Source: a virus (taxonomy: Duplodnaviria > Caudoviricetes). Taken from it: a DNA stretch of 64,000 nt. The DNA lies in the IMG/VR virus record IMGVR_UViG_3300028591_000004, positions 1-64,000 of that record; one strand, given 5' to 3'. The notes beneath the pieces are model-generated. The model was not told the DNA's origin. It did no database searches and worked only from the letters and a program-made list of their open reading frames with translations. Position 1 is the first letter of the stretch. The number at the start of each line of letters is the position of its first letter. The translations under genes and the position numbers were made by a program. Shown here piece after piece: positions 26,703-36,174 of the stretch.

Positions 26703-27265
26703 TTTTTTCTTGCTGCCTCTTCCTTCTCGTCTATATGATTAATGCGGCCGAATATTCTGATAACCTGTTCAACTTCGTCCGCAGTCATTTCATCATAGTT
26801 GTCCCGAACGAATTCAGAATCATCAAATGCGGCAACTAAAAAATCGTATAGAATCTGATCCGCATCCCTTGTTGGATCTAACTGCCCTGCTTGATAAGTC
26901 AGAAACTCTGTTAACGGAACAAGCTTCAGCCAACTATAAGAAGCGGCTGTTTTATTTCTAAAATATTTAACCTTGGTTGGCTTGATCTCTATGATTTTAT
27001 CCCCGATTTTCACACAGTTCTCCTTAATGAGATCCGAAGGAAATTCATCCTTTGGAGGAGAAGCTTCAGGTGTTGTATCTAACAGGGGAGAGCTATCCGG
27101 TTGAGAATCCAGCTCCGGAGTAACCGATGGTTGGGACTCTATTGTAGGCGTAATATCAGGATGATTTTCCTGAAAAGGCATCTCCTGCATATCCGTAGAA
27201 ATTACTGGAGTTTCCTGCTGAAGCTTTTCCTTTGGCTTCGTAGGAAATGGTATTGCTTTGGGCAT
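26675..27265 (-). CDS. Tail assembly chaperone (G-like)
   Basis: Follows tail tube gene; slippery heptamer about 10 codons before the stop. Confidence 0.7.
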   Translation of the reverse strand: MPKAIPFPTKPKEKLQQETPVISTDMQEMPFQENHPDITPTIESQPSVTPELDSQPDSSPLLDTTPEASPPKDEFPSDLIKENCVKIGDKIIEIKPTKVKYFRNKTAASYSWLKLVPLTEFLTYQAGQLDPTRDADQILYDFLVAAFDDSEFVRDNYDEMTADEVEQVIRIFGRINHIDEKEEAARKNREAQAAKR

Positions 27266-27292
27266 ATTTAGTTCCTTCTTCCTTATAAGAAT

Positions 27293-27326
27293 AAAAAAGG
27301 GGATACTGTTGTTACAGTATCCCCTG
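27293..27326 (-). terminator. Terminator after tail tube gene
   Basis: AGGGGATACTGT/ACAGTATCCCCT stem followed by a T run on the minus strand. Confidence 0.65.
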
Positions 27327-27374
27327 AGTGATTATCTTACTGTAACCTTATATATAAAACCTTAACAAGCAAGA

Positions 27375-28142
27375 TTAATCCTTGATGTAAGCGATAGAAT
27401 AGGTCGCTTCATCGGGCCGCTTGGCATCCATGGCAGCGAGTGTGAACTGGAATGTGTTCGCGCTCTTGTAGGACGCATCGAAACCGGGCTGAGCGGTAAC
27501 ACGGCACTTGTACACACGCACATACACCTTGCCGATGATGGAGCTGTCAGTGCAGTCGTCGCCGTTGCCGTAAACCGGGTAGACCATGATCGCTTCACCC
27601 ATAGCGGAGCTACGGTTGTCGATGTTGGCCTCTTGAGCTTCCTGAGCATAGAAGTAGGAAATGGTGACAGTGTCAGAAACATCCCCAGCGAAGAACGTGA
27701 TTTTAGCCACTTCACCAGTGGTGTTAACCTTGAACTTCATATTGGAAACTGTCTGAGCAGTCTCTTCCATGCCTGCAATGGACACGGTACCGGTAATAGG
27801 CTTGTGAGCCAGTTCTACCTCATTGGCTCCATCGGGAGTCAGGATCTCGGTGCAAGGCACCTGATAGGCAGCATTGGTCTCAAAGTTGGTCGCGTTCGTC
27901 ATAACGAACAGGTCAGCTTCGAACTTACCGCTTGTGATGGACATTTCGAAGGTAGACTGACCGGGTAAGTAAGCCACAGGATACAGGGACCAGCCCGCAT
28001 TGATTTCGGTGTAGTTCACCTGAGGGGTCACGGTAGCGGCAGTTAATTCATCGAAGTAGAAAATACGTCCATCACAACGTTTAAACCACATCCGAGGAAC
28101 GTCCGCAATGTACCCCTGAAATTCTTTCACGTAGGTTGCCAT
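27375..28142 (-). CDS. Major tail tube protein
   Basis: 255 aa, beta-rich, strong codon bias; between neck genes and chaperones. Confidence 0.75.
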   Translation of the reverse strand: MATYVKEFQGYIADVPRMWFKRCDGRIFYFDELTAATVTPQVNYTEINAGWSLYPVAYLPGQSTFEMSITSGKFEADLFVMTNATNFETNAAYQVPCTEILTPDGANEVELAHKPITGTVSIAGMEETAQTVSNMKFKVNTTGEVAKITFFAGDVSDTVTISYFYAQEAQEANIDNRSSAMGEAIMVYPVYGNGDDCTDSSIIGKVYVRVYKCRVTAQPGFDASYKSANTFQFTLAAMDAKRPDEATYSIAYIKD

Positions 28143-28312
28143 AACGCATTACCTCACTTATTGTTATTCATAACCATTTCAGCCTCCGCAGCTCCCATAC
28201 AACATTGGCTTCTATGCGTTATGTCAAACGATAAGCCTGATAACCTGTGAAGAAGTATTTATAAAGCCGCCCTTGCTTCAGGCGGCGTTTTAACAAAGAC
28301 AGAATTTTATAA

Positions 28313-28777
28313 TTAATACACTTTCATATAATAAAAAGAGATCGTGTATCGAGAATATCCAATGGTTCTTGTGCCCAGATCCCAGTCTCCCGCAATCCAG
28401 AAACGATATCCTGTGTTGTGAAGATATCTTTCTTGTGTCAGCAACTTTTTCAGTCGCGCTGCAATTAACTGGGACCGTGAAATTAACATATCGTCTCCAA
28501 CATTGAATAATTGATCTGTCTTTACATAAATGTCGAATGTCATCATGTTTTTTCTGATATTGGGAACATCTGTGTCTTTGCCCTCGATATCTCCATAGAC
28601 AATACGACATACTTGATTTTTTAATAATTCGTTTGTATATCCAGCACGAATAAAATAATACTTTACAAAATCTGTAATTTTAATTTTCTCTGGAAGCTTC
28701 ATCAATTCTCGCAACTCGTAATCCGGAAAGATTACTTTACGAATGATGGTATTCCATGCGTTGATCCATCCTAACAT
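28313..28777 (-). CDS. Tail terminator/completion protein (putative)
   Basis: Position upstream of tail tube; MTFDIYV motif. Confidence 0.55.
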   Translation of the reverse strand: MLGWINAWNTIIRKVIFPDYELRELMKLPEKIKITDFVKYYFIRAGYTNELLKNQVCRIVYGDIEGKDTDVPNIRKNMMTFDIYVKTDQLFNVGDDMLISRSQLIAARLKKLLTQERYLHNTGYRFWIAGDWDLGTRTIGYSRYTISFYYMKVY

Positions 28778-28781
28778 AATC

Positions 28782-29336
28782 TCATCCTCCTATTACGGTT
28801 TGCAACCTCTCAGATGTATATTGCTTTACCAGTTCGAGAATTTCTTGCTTTGAGATTTCGATTGCTGTTTTCATTTCGGTCCGAAAAATATCGGCAAGCA
28901 TAGTTCTAATTTCATGAATAACACCAGTTGCCGGTTTTGCGTATCCCGGAACCGGTTCATCCCATTGGTTTCTTGGAGTAGGAGATGAATATGTAGAGCC
29001 ATCAGGATTATGTGAAAGACCGTAATCGCCTCCGGCTAAAGGCGGAGGCATACCGGCGTCTACAATTTCCAGAAATCCCCCCGGATTCCGTTCATCGAAA
29101 TGAAAGATCAAAGAAAACTGTCCGTCTTCTTTTTTTATTTCGCATTTAAAAGCATCTGCAATGGCTTCCATTTCAGCATCTTCTTTTTCCCATGCGACAT
29201 CATCTTCATCCGGTGCATGCATTTCAGACTTGTAAACAAGAAAACGTTCTTTCCCAATGTTCTCGGCAAATTGTTCGAATCCATCCAGCTTGGAAGAAAT
29301 GATACTGATAAAATCCTGTTGTGTTGGCCTGTTCAT
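28782..29336 (-). CDS. Neck/tail-completion protein (putative)
   Basis: 184 aa in head-tail block. Confidence 0.45.
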   Translation of the reverse strand: MNRPTQQDFISIISSKLDGFEQFAENIGKERFLVYKSEMHAPDEDDVAWEKEDAEMEAIADAFKCEIKKEDGQFSLIFHFDERNPGGFLEIVDAGMPPPLAGGDYGLSHNPDGSTYSSPTPRNQWDEPVPGYAKPATGVIHEIRTMLADIFRTEMKTAIEISKQEILELVKQYTSERLQTVIGG

Positions 29337-30061
29337 TCTTGAACACCGCCAGCCGCTTTTCTGGATTGGATTCTTAAAGTGCCGAAGTCTTTGTTGAGAT
29401 TAACATCTACATAGTCAATGTCCACAATCAGATATTCATCTTTGCCCCAGATATATTTGTCTCCAACTTCAATATTTTTAGTATGATCGTTAAATTGAAC
29501 GGTCATAATTGTGAGAGCGTTAGGAGACACACCGGGCTGACCGGATACAGCGGAATATTCTGGACGACCGTCGTACCGATATGCGTTCACAGGTAAATTG
29601 TCGACAATCGTCTGCCAACCTCCTGTATTGTAAATCCGATATCCTTCTTCGTCAGCTTCCGGTTCGACAAAGCGTTTTATAGTTAGACGAGTATTGCATC
29701 TGACAGCTCTTGAAGGAGCGTTGTTAGATTCAAGATGAACCGCCCAGTCTAAAATATAAATTGTACCGTCTGGCTCAATGATCATATCGCCTTGTCGAAT
29801 GCCGCTTGATACGCTTGCCCGAAAGTTCATATTGTTATCCGTGTTCTCGTATCTGCTTTTCGTCGAATCAGGATAGATTTCACCACGAATATAAACAGGT
29901 TCATAACCGGCTTCATCTCGATCGTACCAGTCTTTGATAAGTTCGAAATCCATAACTGTATTCGGAATGTCCTGATTTAGAAAAGCATCGAAATCAGCGG
30001 CAAGTGTTCTTGGGACCTTAAACCGCTTGGATGTACCTTGCGGTACATAAGGTATAGACAT
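29333..30061 (-). CDS. Head closure/neck protein (putative)
   Basis: 242 aa beta-rich protein; position in head-tail block. Confidence 0.55.
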   Translation of the reverse strand: MSIPYVPQGTSKRFKVPRTLAADFDAFLNQDIPNTVMDFELIKDWYDRDEAGYEPVYIRGEIYPDSTKSRYENTDNNMNFRASVSSGIRQGDMIIEPDGTIYILDWAVHLESNNAPSRAVRCNTRLTIKRFVEPEADEEGYRIYNTGGWQTIVDNLPVNAYRYDGRPEYSAVSGQPGVSPNALTIMTVQFNDHTKNIEVGDKYIWGKDEYLIVDIDYVDVNLNKDFGTLRIQSRKAAGGVQE

Positions 30062-30079
30062 AGAACCGCCGCCTTTCTG

Positions 30080-30427
30080 TTATTCCTCTGCGTTGAGTTG
30101 TGCAGCGATAATATCGCTGAAATTAATAGAGAGGGGAGACAGCCCCTTGTAATTAAGTGTCTGGGGCAAACGCTTGATGGCGTTTGCCTTGTCCAAAATT
30201 TTATGTCGAATTGTCTTGAAGCGTTCTTTTGCTTCATCGCTCCAGTCGTCTTTCCTTTTGTTTTCCTGAAGCGCATAAAAGGCATTTTCAACATCTACTA
30301 AAACGCCTTTTAATCCGAGATCGAGCATTTCAGTATATTGAAGGAAATCGTATTCTTTTTCGATAACGGTTTCCATTTCGTTGTTCTTGTAGTCAACCTT
30401 CACAGTCCAGTCGCTCATTTCCTTCAC
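30080..30427 (-). CDS. Hypothetical protein in head-tail block
   Basis: About 115-aa ORF in operon. Confidence 0.55.
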   Translation of the reverse strand: MKEMSDWTVKVDYKNNEMETVIEKEYDFLQYTEMLDLGLKGVLVDVENAFYALQENKRKDDWSDEAKERFKTIRHKILDKANAIKRLPQTLNYKGLSPLSINFSDIIAAQLNAEE

Positions 30428-30431
30428 CCTT

Positions 30432-30866
30432 TTAAGTCCCTAAAGTATAGCGGACCATTTTATTAAAAGCGATTCGGCGCTCATGCTGAATATCAGAGAT
30501 TGTGTCTTTTAGATTCGCGTAAGGTTTGTCGGCATTTGTCACTGTCAAAGCATTAGTTGAATAACCAAATGAGTTATTGACATCTGTTTGAACTCTCTGA
30601 AAGAATTCTAACCGGCAAAGAATCTTAATATACTCTTCTTCGTCTAAAAGAAAATCTCTGTCGTAGCATGTTTCGCCTTCATCGTTTACTGTCCAAAGTG
30701 ATTGATTGTATTCGGTTGGGTGATTGATGTCGACAAAAAACTTCTTAACAGCACGTACAACCATTTTGACGTAGTCAGGAATACTTAGAACTTCAGGCGT
30801 TTCCTGCCATGCTGTTAATTCTTGAAGCTCTGCTGCCATTTCAGTAATGTTTAACACATCAGTCAC
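30432..30866 (-). CDS. Head-tail adaptor (putative)
   Basis: 144 aa helical protein downstream of capsid. Confidence 0.5.
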   Translation of the reverse strand: MTDVLNITEMAAELQELTAWQETPEVLSIPDYVKMVVRAVKKFFVDINHPTEYNQSLWTVNDEGETCYDRDFLLDEEEYIKILCRLEFFQRVQTDVNNSFGYSTNALTVTNADKPYANLKDTISDIQHERRIAFNKMVRYTLGT

Positions 30867-30875
30867 TCCTCTGAA

Positions 30876-31340
30876 TTATTCAGCTGCGTTAAGCAGATCC
30901 ACGCTGGGGATCTTGGCCTGAACAAGCTTTAATTTGCTCCCTGGTAAATCCATTTTAACTGCAACTTCCGCAATTGCATGAAGCTCAACCGGATCTTCAA
31001 TTTTGTTCAGCCAGCTTTCCACGGCCTTGAACGATTTCTTTAAATTCATGGTAATTTCTTCTTCACTAAAATGCTGTTCAGCGTAAGTATCTGTGTATCC
31101 GCCGAGATCCTCTAATGTGAGATCTTCGCCTTTTTCGCTGACGGGAACCAGCTCTTTGGAAGAAAATGGTTTACGTCCACGAGCAATACTCTCGATATAC
31201 AGAATATCGTCCACGGACAAAGGAAGGAAACTTCCTTTTCGAATGTTGGGCTTCTGCCCGGATGTAAGCGTCACACCGATGTCGTAATTACAACGGTTGT
31301 AAACGCGAAGTCTTGTAGATCCATCCATTGATTCCTTCAT
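30876..31340 (-). CDS. Hypothetical virion-module protein
   Basis: About 150-aa ORF right after capsid. Confidence 0.6.
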   Translation of the reverse strand: MKESMDGSTRLRVYNRCNYDIGVTLTSGQKPNIRKGSFLPLSVDDILYIESIARGRKPFSSKELVPVSEKGEDLTLEDLGGYTDTYAEQHFSEEEITMNLKKSFKAVESWLNKIEDPVELHAIAEVAVKMDLPGSKLKLVQAKIPSVDLLNAAE

Positions 31341-31353
31341 CCTTTCGATTAAG

Positions 31354-31383
31354 ATAGGGGACGGCTTTTACACCGTCCCCTAT
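31354..31383 (-). terminator. Hairpin after major capsid gene
   Basis: ATAGGGGACGG/CCGTCCCCTAT inverted repeat. Confidence 0.55.
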
Positions 31384-31410
31384 GTGTTTTACTTCGCAGT
31401 TAAGCCAAGA

Positions 31411-32412
31411 TTAAGCGATCAGGTGAGCACCGCTGGTCGGATTCTTGCCGGTCACAAACGCGGCACCGAACCAGGTGTCCAGACGGACTTCGTACACCAT
31501 ATCGTCAATGTTCTGAGAAGCCAGAGAATTGACGCCGCCCTCGTTGACGACCTTCAGGTTCCTCAGTTCGGGAGACTGTCCACCGGGGATGATATACAGC
31601 CAGTCAGTCGCCAGAATAGGAGTCACACCGTCTTCGTCGTAGGCGTTGTTCATTGCGATAACAGCGCAGCCATTGTAATTGCCGATGAAGCCATTCTGAT
31701 TGCGCTCATCCAGCATGTTGCCGGAGTACTGCATGGTCGGAGTAGCGTTCACAGCCATACCGGTGTAGGGAGCCAGTTGAGCAACAGACGCCATATCGCC
31801 CAGAATGCTCACCGGGCCAAGACGACGGAAGTGCTGCAGCTGAGCGTCCAGAGTAGCCTGATTCAGACCACCGGTGCTCTTCGCATAGAACGGAGAACCG
31901 AAGTTGGCAATAGAAGTGTGCAGAACCCTTTGGATAACGCCCAGCTTCTTCTTTGTCATTTCGTCATTGGCTTCCTGAATCAGATCGCCAATGTTCACCC
32001 TGTTCGCCCGCAGATCAATGATGTTGATAGCAGGACGGGCAGAGATTTCCTTGGTGTCAACCAGAATCTGGCTGTCAGCAACATAGCTGCGAGGAGTGGT
32101 AGAACCCTTCGCCTGAATAACAGCCTTGATGCCACCGGTCTTCACCTTGAAAGCGGCCTTCTCGCCGTAGGAGATATTCTTGATGTCCGCAACCAGACCC
32201 AGGAAATCCAGAGCCTTCTGCTGCAGTTCCTCAACCGTAAACGCAACGATCTGACCGATCTGATGGCAGTTCTGAGGATTCAGATCCTGTGCCAGCACAG
32301 AAACAATCTGATTTGCCTCTTCGATCTTATCGGAGTCAACACGCTCGTTGCGAGCCTGCGCGGCCAGGACCTTGATTAATTTCATGCCGCGTTCGACTTT
32401 AATGTCAGCCAT
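31411..32412 (-). CDS. Major capsid protein
   Basis: 333 aa from ATG 32412 with RBS GGAGGTG; strong codon bias; position after scaffold and decoration genes. Confidence 0.8.
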   Translation of the reverse strand: MADIKVERGMKLIKVLAAQARNERVDSDKIEEANQIVSVLAQDLNPQNCHQIGQIVAFTVEELQQKALDFLGLVADIKNISYGEKAAFKVKTGGIKAVIQAKGSTTPRSYVADSQILVDTKEISARPAINIIDLRANRVNIGDLIQEANDEMTKKKLGVIQRVLHTSIANFGSPFYAKSTGGLNQATLDAQLQHFRRLGPVSILGDMASVAQLAPYTGMAVNATPTMQYSGNMLDERNQNGFIGNYNGCAVIAMNNAYDEDGVTPILATDWLYIIPGGQSPELRNLKVVNEGGVNSLASQNIDDMVYEVRLDTWFGAAFVTGKNPTSGAHLIA

Positions 32413-32427
32413 GTCTTTCACCTCCGA

Positions 32428-32856
32428 TTAACCGATAGTGCCGTCGGCCTTCACGCCGTAGGCAGTGCCAGCGGCAGGCGTTCCGGTAACCATGGTAGTC
32501 ACGAATTCCTCACCAACGACCAGCGGATGAGCACGCAGTTCGGCATCCACAGCAGTGGTGTAAACTCTCTTGTCATAAGCCTGAGAATCGTTGATGTCGA
32601 AACCGTTCTCCACGAAGTAATAGCGCTTCGCCAGAGAGTCAACGATAAAACGATAAGCAGTCACACCGTCATAGATGGTGGTGACTTCTTTGCAAATAAA
32701 CTTGCTATTGGTATCCGCAGAAGGCATAACCAGCTTTGTAGCGTTGTCGCCGGTGCCCTGAACCATAACAATACCGTTCGGCACGGGATCAGCGGCGCCG
32801 TTTAACAGCTCGCCTTCATACAGATAGCCTTGCAGCTTTGTCATATAGCCAGCCAT
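32428..32856 (-). CDS. Capsid decoration/minor head protein
   Basis: About 142 aa between scaffold and MCP; strong codon bias. Confidence 0.6.
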   Translation of the reverse strand: MAGYMTKLQGYLYEGELLNGAADPVPNGIVMVQGTGDNATKLVMPSADTNSKFICKEVTTIYDGVTAYRFIVDSLAKRYYFVENGFDINDSQAYDKRVYTTAVDAELRAHPLVVGEEFVTTMVTGTPAAGTAYGVKADGTIG

Positions 32857-32922
32857 AGCTATCATTCCTTTCGAAAAAGAATTAAACCCCGCCACAAAAG
32901 GCGGGGTTTATATAAGATCTGC

Positions 32923-34263
32923 TCACCGAGAAAGCAGAGAATAGGTAGTAGGTTTGTCATCCTTTTCCAGCAGGCTAAATCTGCCTTCGCTGCGGATGTC
33001 AGCCATAATAGGATTGATTTCTGCGGTAACTGTTTTTACTTCGGCGACAGCCTTTGCTTCTTTCAGTTCTGCGATTTCATTCCTGAGTGCTTCGACTTGT
33101 TCAGCTAATTCTGCAATTAACTGCTCGGCAGTCTGTTTCTTGGAATCGTCGACGGTCACAGGAGCCTCGTCAGTGTTCCCGGGCGGTGTAGTTTGTCCCT
33201 GATCCTCTTGATTGGGATCGTCTGTTGATCCAGACGCGGGTTCTTCCGATGCGCCGGATTCGCCGGAGTTTGCTCCATCTCCATCTCCGTTTTCAGCAAT
33301 ATGAACGCCGTCATCCGCTTCTACGATCTGCGCTTCCGGTTCGACATGAGATACAGATGTTTCAACTTCAACATGCTGATAAACGTCTACACCGGATTCA
33401 GTATCGTGAGCATAGGTAGAATGTTCTTGCTTAACTTCTTCGCGAACATAAACAGCGGCATTCTGCTGTTCAGCAGTTTCAGACGTTTTTTCGTCTTCAT
33501 CTTTGCATGCGGCAGATTCTTCGGTTTCAGCAATTTCTGCGTTTTCCTCAGGCTCTGTTTCAGCTTCCTGCTGAGTGGTTTCAGCCACAACGGGCTCTTC
33601 AGCCACGGTTGGCTCTTCAGTCGTAACGGGTTCTTCTGTAACCTGTTCGGCTAAGGTTTCCTTATTATCCGCCATATCCCTTTCACCTCCTTCTTCGTCA
33701 TCTGCTTTCTGCTGTGCGACTAACTGGAGCGCAACAGCTTCTTCGCAAGCAGGGAAGGTTACAATGGCAGTACCTTCCAGGTAATTACTGTCCGACGCGT
33801 CAATCTGTATCGTTCCGTCTTCGAGTTCTGTATACTCTCCAACGTTTACTTCGAAAGAAAATTTCAGGGCGCCGTCTGCAAAGAGTTCGGATATAGCTTT
33901 GCTAAGCTTTTTGTTTCGCTTGGCGATACGCGCATATCCAACTAAATAACAGCCGTTGTCGAAATCTTCCCGTTCGAAGTCGTAGAACGAACCGATTTGC
34001 GTAGAATGGAATTCGCCTGTTCGCGAGTCATACAGATGACCGAGTCGGCGATAATTGCCGTTTGTGAGGGCGCGGACGTCCGCATATAACGGCAGCCCTA
34101 CATACTGTTCTTTGTTATCGATGATTTCGTCGATGAAAGCTTCGGTAACTCTTGCTCCGTTTAGATTCGCCGCAGGAGCTTCGCAGATGCGGGCTTTTAC
34201 AGTCATAAAAATATCTGACTGCTGGATTTCGGAGATGACGGATGCGAACATAAGTCTGTTCAT
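32923..34263 (-). CDS. Prohead protease/scaffold protein
   Basis: N-terminal domain ending FSFEV...GTAIVTFPACEEA, followed by a long acidic low-complexity scaffold; between portal and capsid. Confidence 0.7.
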   Translation of the reverse strand: MNRLMFASVISEIQQSDIFMTVKARICEAPAANLNGARVTEAFIDEIIDNKEQYVGLPLYADVRALTNGNYRRLGHLYDSRTGEFHSTQIGSFYDFEREDFDNGCYLVGYARIAKRNKKLSKAISELFADGALKFSFEVNVGEYTELEDGTIQIDASDSNYLEGTAIVTFPACEEAVALQLVAQQKADDEEGGERDMADNKETLAEQVTEEPVTTEEPTVAEEPVVAETTQQEAETEPEENAEIAETEESAACKDEDEKTSETAEQQNAAVYVREEVKQEHSTYAHDTESGVDVYQHVEVETSVSHVEPEAQIVEADDGVHIAENGDGDGANSGESGASEEPASGSTDDPNQEDQGQTTPPGNTDEAPVTVDDSKKQTAEQLIAELAEQVEALRNEIAELKEAKAVAEVKTVTAEINPIMADIRSEGRFSLLEKDDKPTTYSLLSR

Positions 34264-34576
34264 ATCGAATCTCCTTTGCGCGTTCGATTTCCAGTGATGG
34301 GAGACAAAGGAGAATCGAAGGCGAATCTATATCTAACAGCCCGAAGGCTGGAGATATAAAAGAAAAAGCACGGGACTTACACACAAAGGATGCCCGTGCA
34401 CTACCAAATACGCATTGCGAACGGAAGAATAAGCCTCGAAGGCATGTAAGGTTGGACGTTTCGCAAGAGGCGTTGGCAGATCATACATATCCGCTTAGGC
34501 AGCGGCAGCGCAGGTTTTATTGTTCACCATAAACAATTCAGCACTGGACTTATTTAATGACGCGACAGGCTACGTC

Positions 34577-36169
34577 TTAACCCGAATCTTCCTGTTTCTC
34601 CGATCCTTCCGGAGAAGAAGGTTTGGGCTGGCGGCCCGTCTCGGATTTGGACGGGTCGCTTTTCCGCTCACTATCGTCTAAAGTGGGTCGGCCTTGCGTT
34701 GTTTCTTCTGAAGATTCTTCTGATTTCGACTCGGCCTTAGTTGCCCTAACAGACAACACTTCGTCTGTTCCGTCTGAAGACTCTTTCTCTCGTTGAGTCT
34801 TTTCAACTTCAACAGAATAGCCCTGAGTTTTCATCATAGTCTTCGTAGAAATAACACCCTTGCTCCAGAGTTCTACGCACTTCTCGCGAAGTGTTTTCTT
34901 CCCCTCCATAGTAAGAGGTTGAAATCTGAATTCAGGTATTTCTTTTAGGTTGTATGTTCCTTGCATGAACTCTGTAAGACGTTCGTTGATTTTCGTCATC
35001 ATCTCGCAGAATTCATCCCGGGCTGCATTGATTCTTGTTTCAGCAGTTTGCATACTTACTTGTGCTGAGGCAAAAGTGGAACCGTCTTCAGACACGCCTG
35101 AAACAATGACACCGGAAACTCCCCCAGCGGAAAGAATGTCGTTGTTGACATCTTTGTACTTGTTCCACTGGAAAAGATCGTCTAAATCAGCTTGGATTAA
35201 GTTAGCTTTGGCAAGATGATTTGTAACAACAAGAGGAAAACCAGACATACCCTGTTGGAACAACCTTCTGACCTGAGTAAGCTGTATTTCGTCAGGCAGG
35301 ATATCCTGAGTTTTTCCGCTTTCTCCGTAAGTAACGTGAACAAAGGATCTTTTCCCGATATTAAGAATGGATGTTTCGTAAGAAGAGATTAACTCTTTCT
35401 TTGCCAAAGCAGGCAGACAGGCAGCAATAAAGGGAACAGAATACCTCATCCAGCCTTCCTTCGGAAGCTGAAGAACAAAAGTGTTCTCAGGATTTAACTG
35501 GGCATACTGCTCACCGGATACAATTGCTTCTTGAATTTCTTCAGGATAACCTTTTAAAACTGTTTCCCTTTCTCCGTCTTTTATGAAGTCTTCTCTTACG
35601 CTGTATCCTTTGGACCTGAATTCGTTGATAATAGACTGACAGTCGTACTCAACGATTGGAGTTCCATCGAACATAACGTTACCGATTTTCCATTTGTGGA
35701 CAGGAAGGGTAATTAAGTTTCCTTTGTGCAGATAACAACAGACATTCGCGTATTTCCATAGTTCTTTCATAATGCCTGTCATCTTTTCTTTCAGCCGCAT
35801 ACGTTTGTATTGTTCTTCGAACAATGCGTATGTTTTCTCTTTAGAACCTGTGAGGTACCAATCCGAACAGGTAGAGTAGGGAATATACACATGTTCGATA
35901 ATACCCCTTACAATAGGATCCGCATCGGCATAATAGTCTGCCAGTTGATACAATGTAACAATGTTGTCCTGCTTATTCCGGAGGATAGAAGTATAGTCGT
36001 AGCCGGCAAGTTCACCGCTGAAGGTAATGTTGGAGTTTTCGAAGCTTTGGAAAGTTTCATCGAGTGCTTTTCCTGCTCCGACCGCGATCTCTATTCGCTT
36101 TTGAGGTTTAGACGCCTCGGAGTCTGTACGGTTAAATAACCGATTGAAGAAGCCCATTGGGCGTCCCAC
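34577..36169 (-). CDS. Portal protein
   Basis: 530 aa following terminase; C-terminal GRPTLDDSE tail; start may be 36157. Confidence 0.8.
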   Translation of the reverse strand: MGRPMGFFNRLFNRTDSEASKPQKRIEIAVGAGKALDETFQSFENSNITFSGELAGYDYTSILRNKQDNIVTLYQLADYYADADPIVRGIIEHVYIPYSTCSDWYLTGSKEKTYALFEEQYKRMRLKEKMTGIMKELWKYANVCCYLHKGNLITLPVHKWKIGNVMFDGTPIVEYDCQSIINEFRSKGYSVREDFIKDGERETVLKGYPEEIQEAIVSGEQYAQLNPENTFVLQLPKEGWMRYSVPFIAACLPALAKKELISSYETSILNIGKRSFVHVTYGESGKTQDILPDEIQLTQVRRLFQQGMSGFPLVVTNHLAKANLIQADLDDLFQWNKYKDVNNDILSAGGVSGVIVSGVSEDGSTFASAQVSMQTAETRINAARDEFCEMMTKINERLTEFMQGTYNLKEIPEFRFQPLTMEGKKTLREKCVELWSKGVISTKTMMKTQGYSVEVEKTQREKESSDGTDEVLSVRATKAESKSEESSEETTQGRPTLDDSERKSDPSKSETGRQPKPSSPEGSEKQEDSG

Positions 36170-36174
36170 CTTTC

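Noticed and set aside
31384-32379. 331-aa plus-strand ORF over the capsid gene (similar shadows over 54955-55779, 58274-58858, 61154-61672)
   Set aside because: Antisense shadows of codon-biased genes
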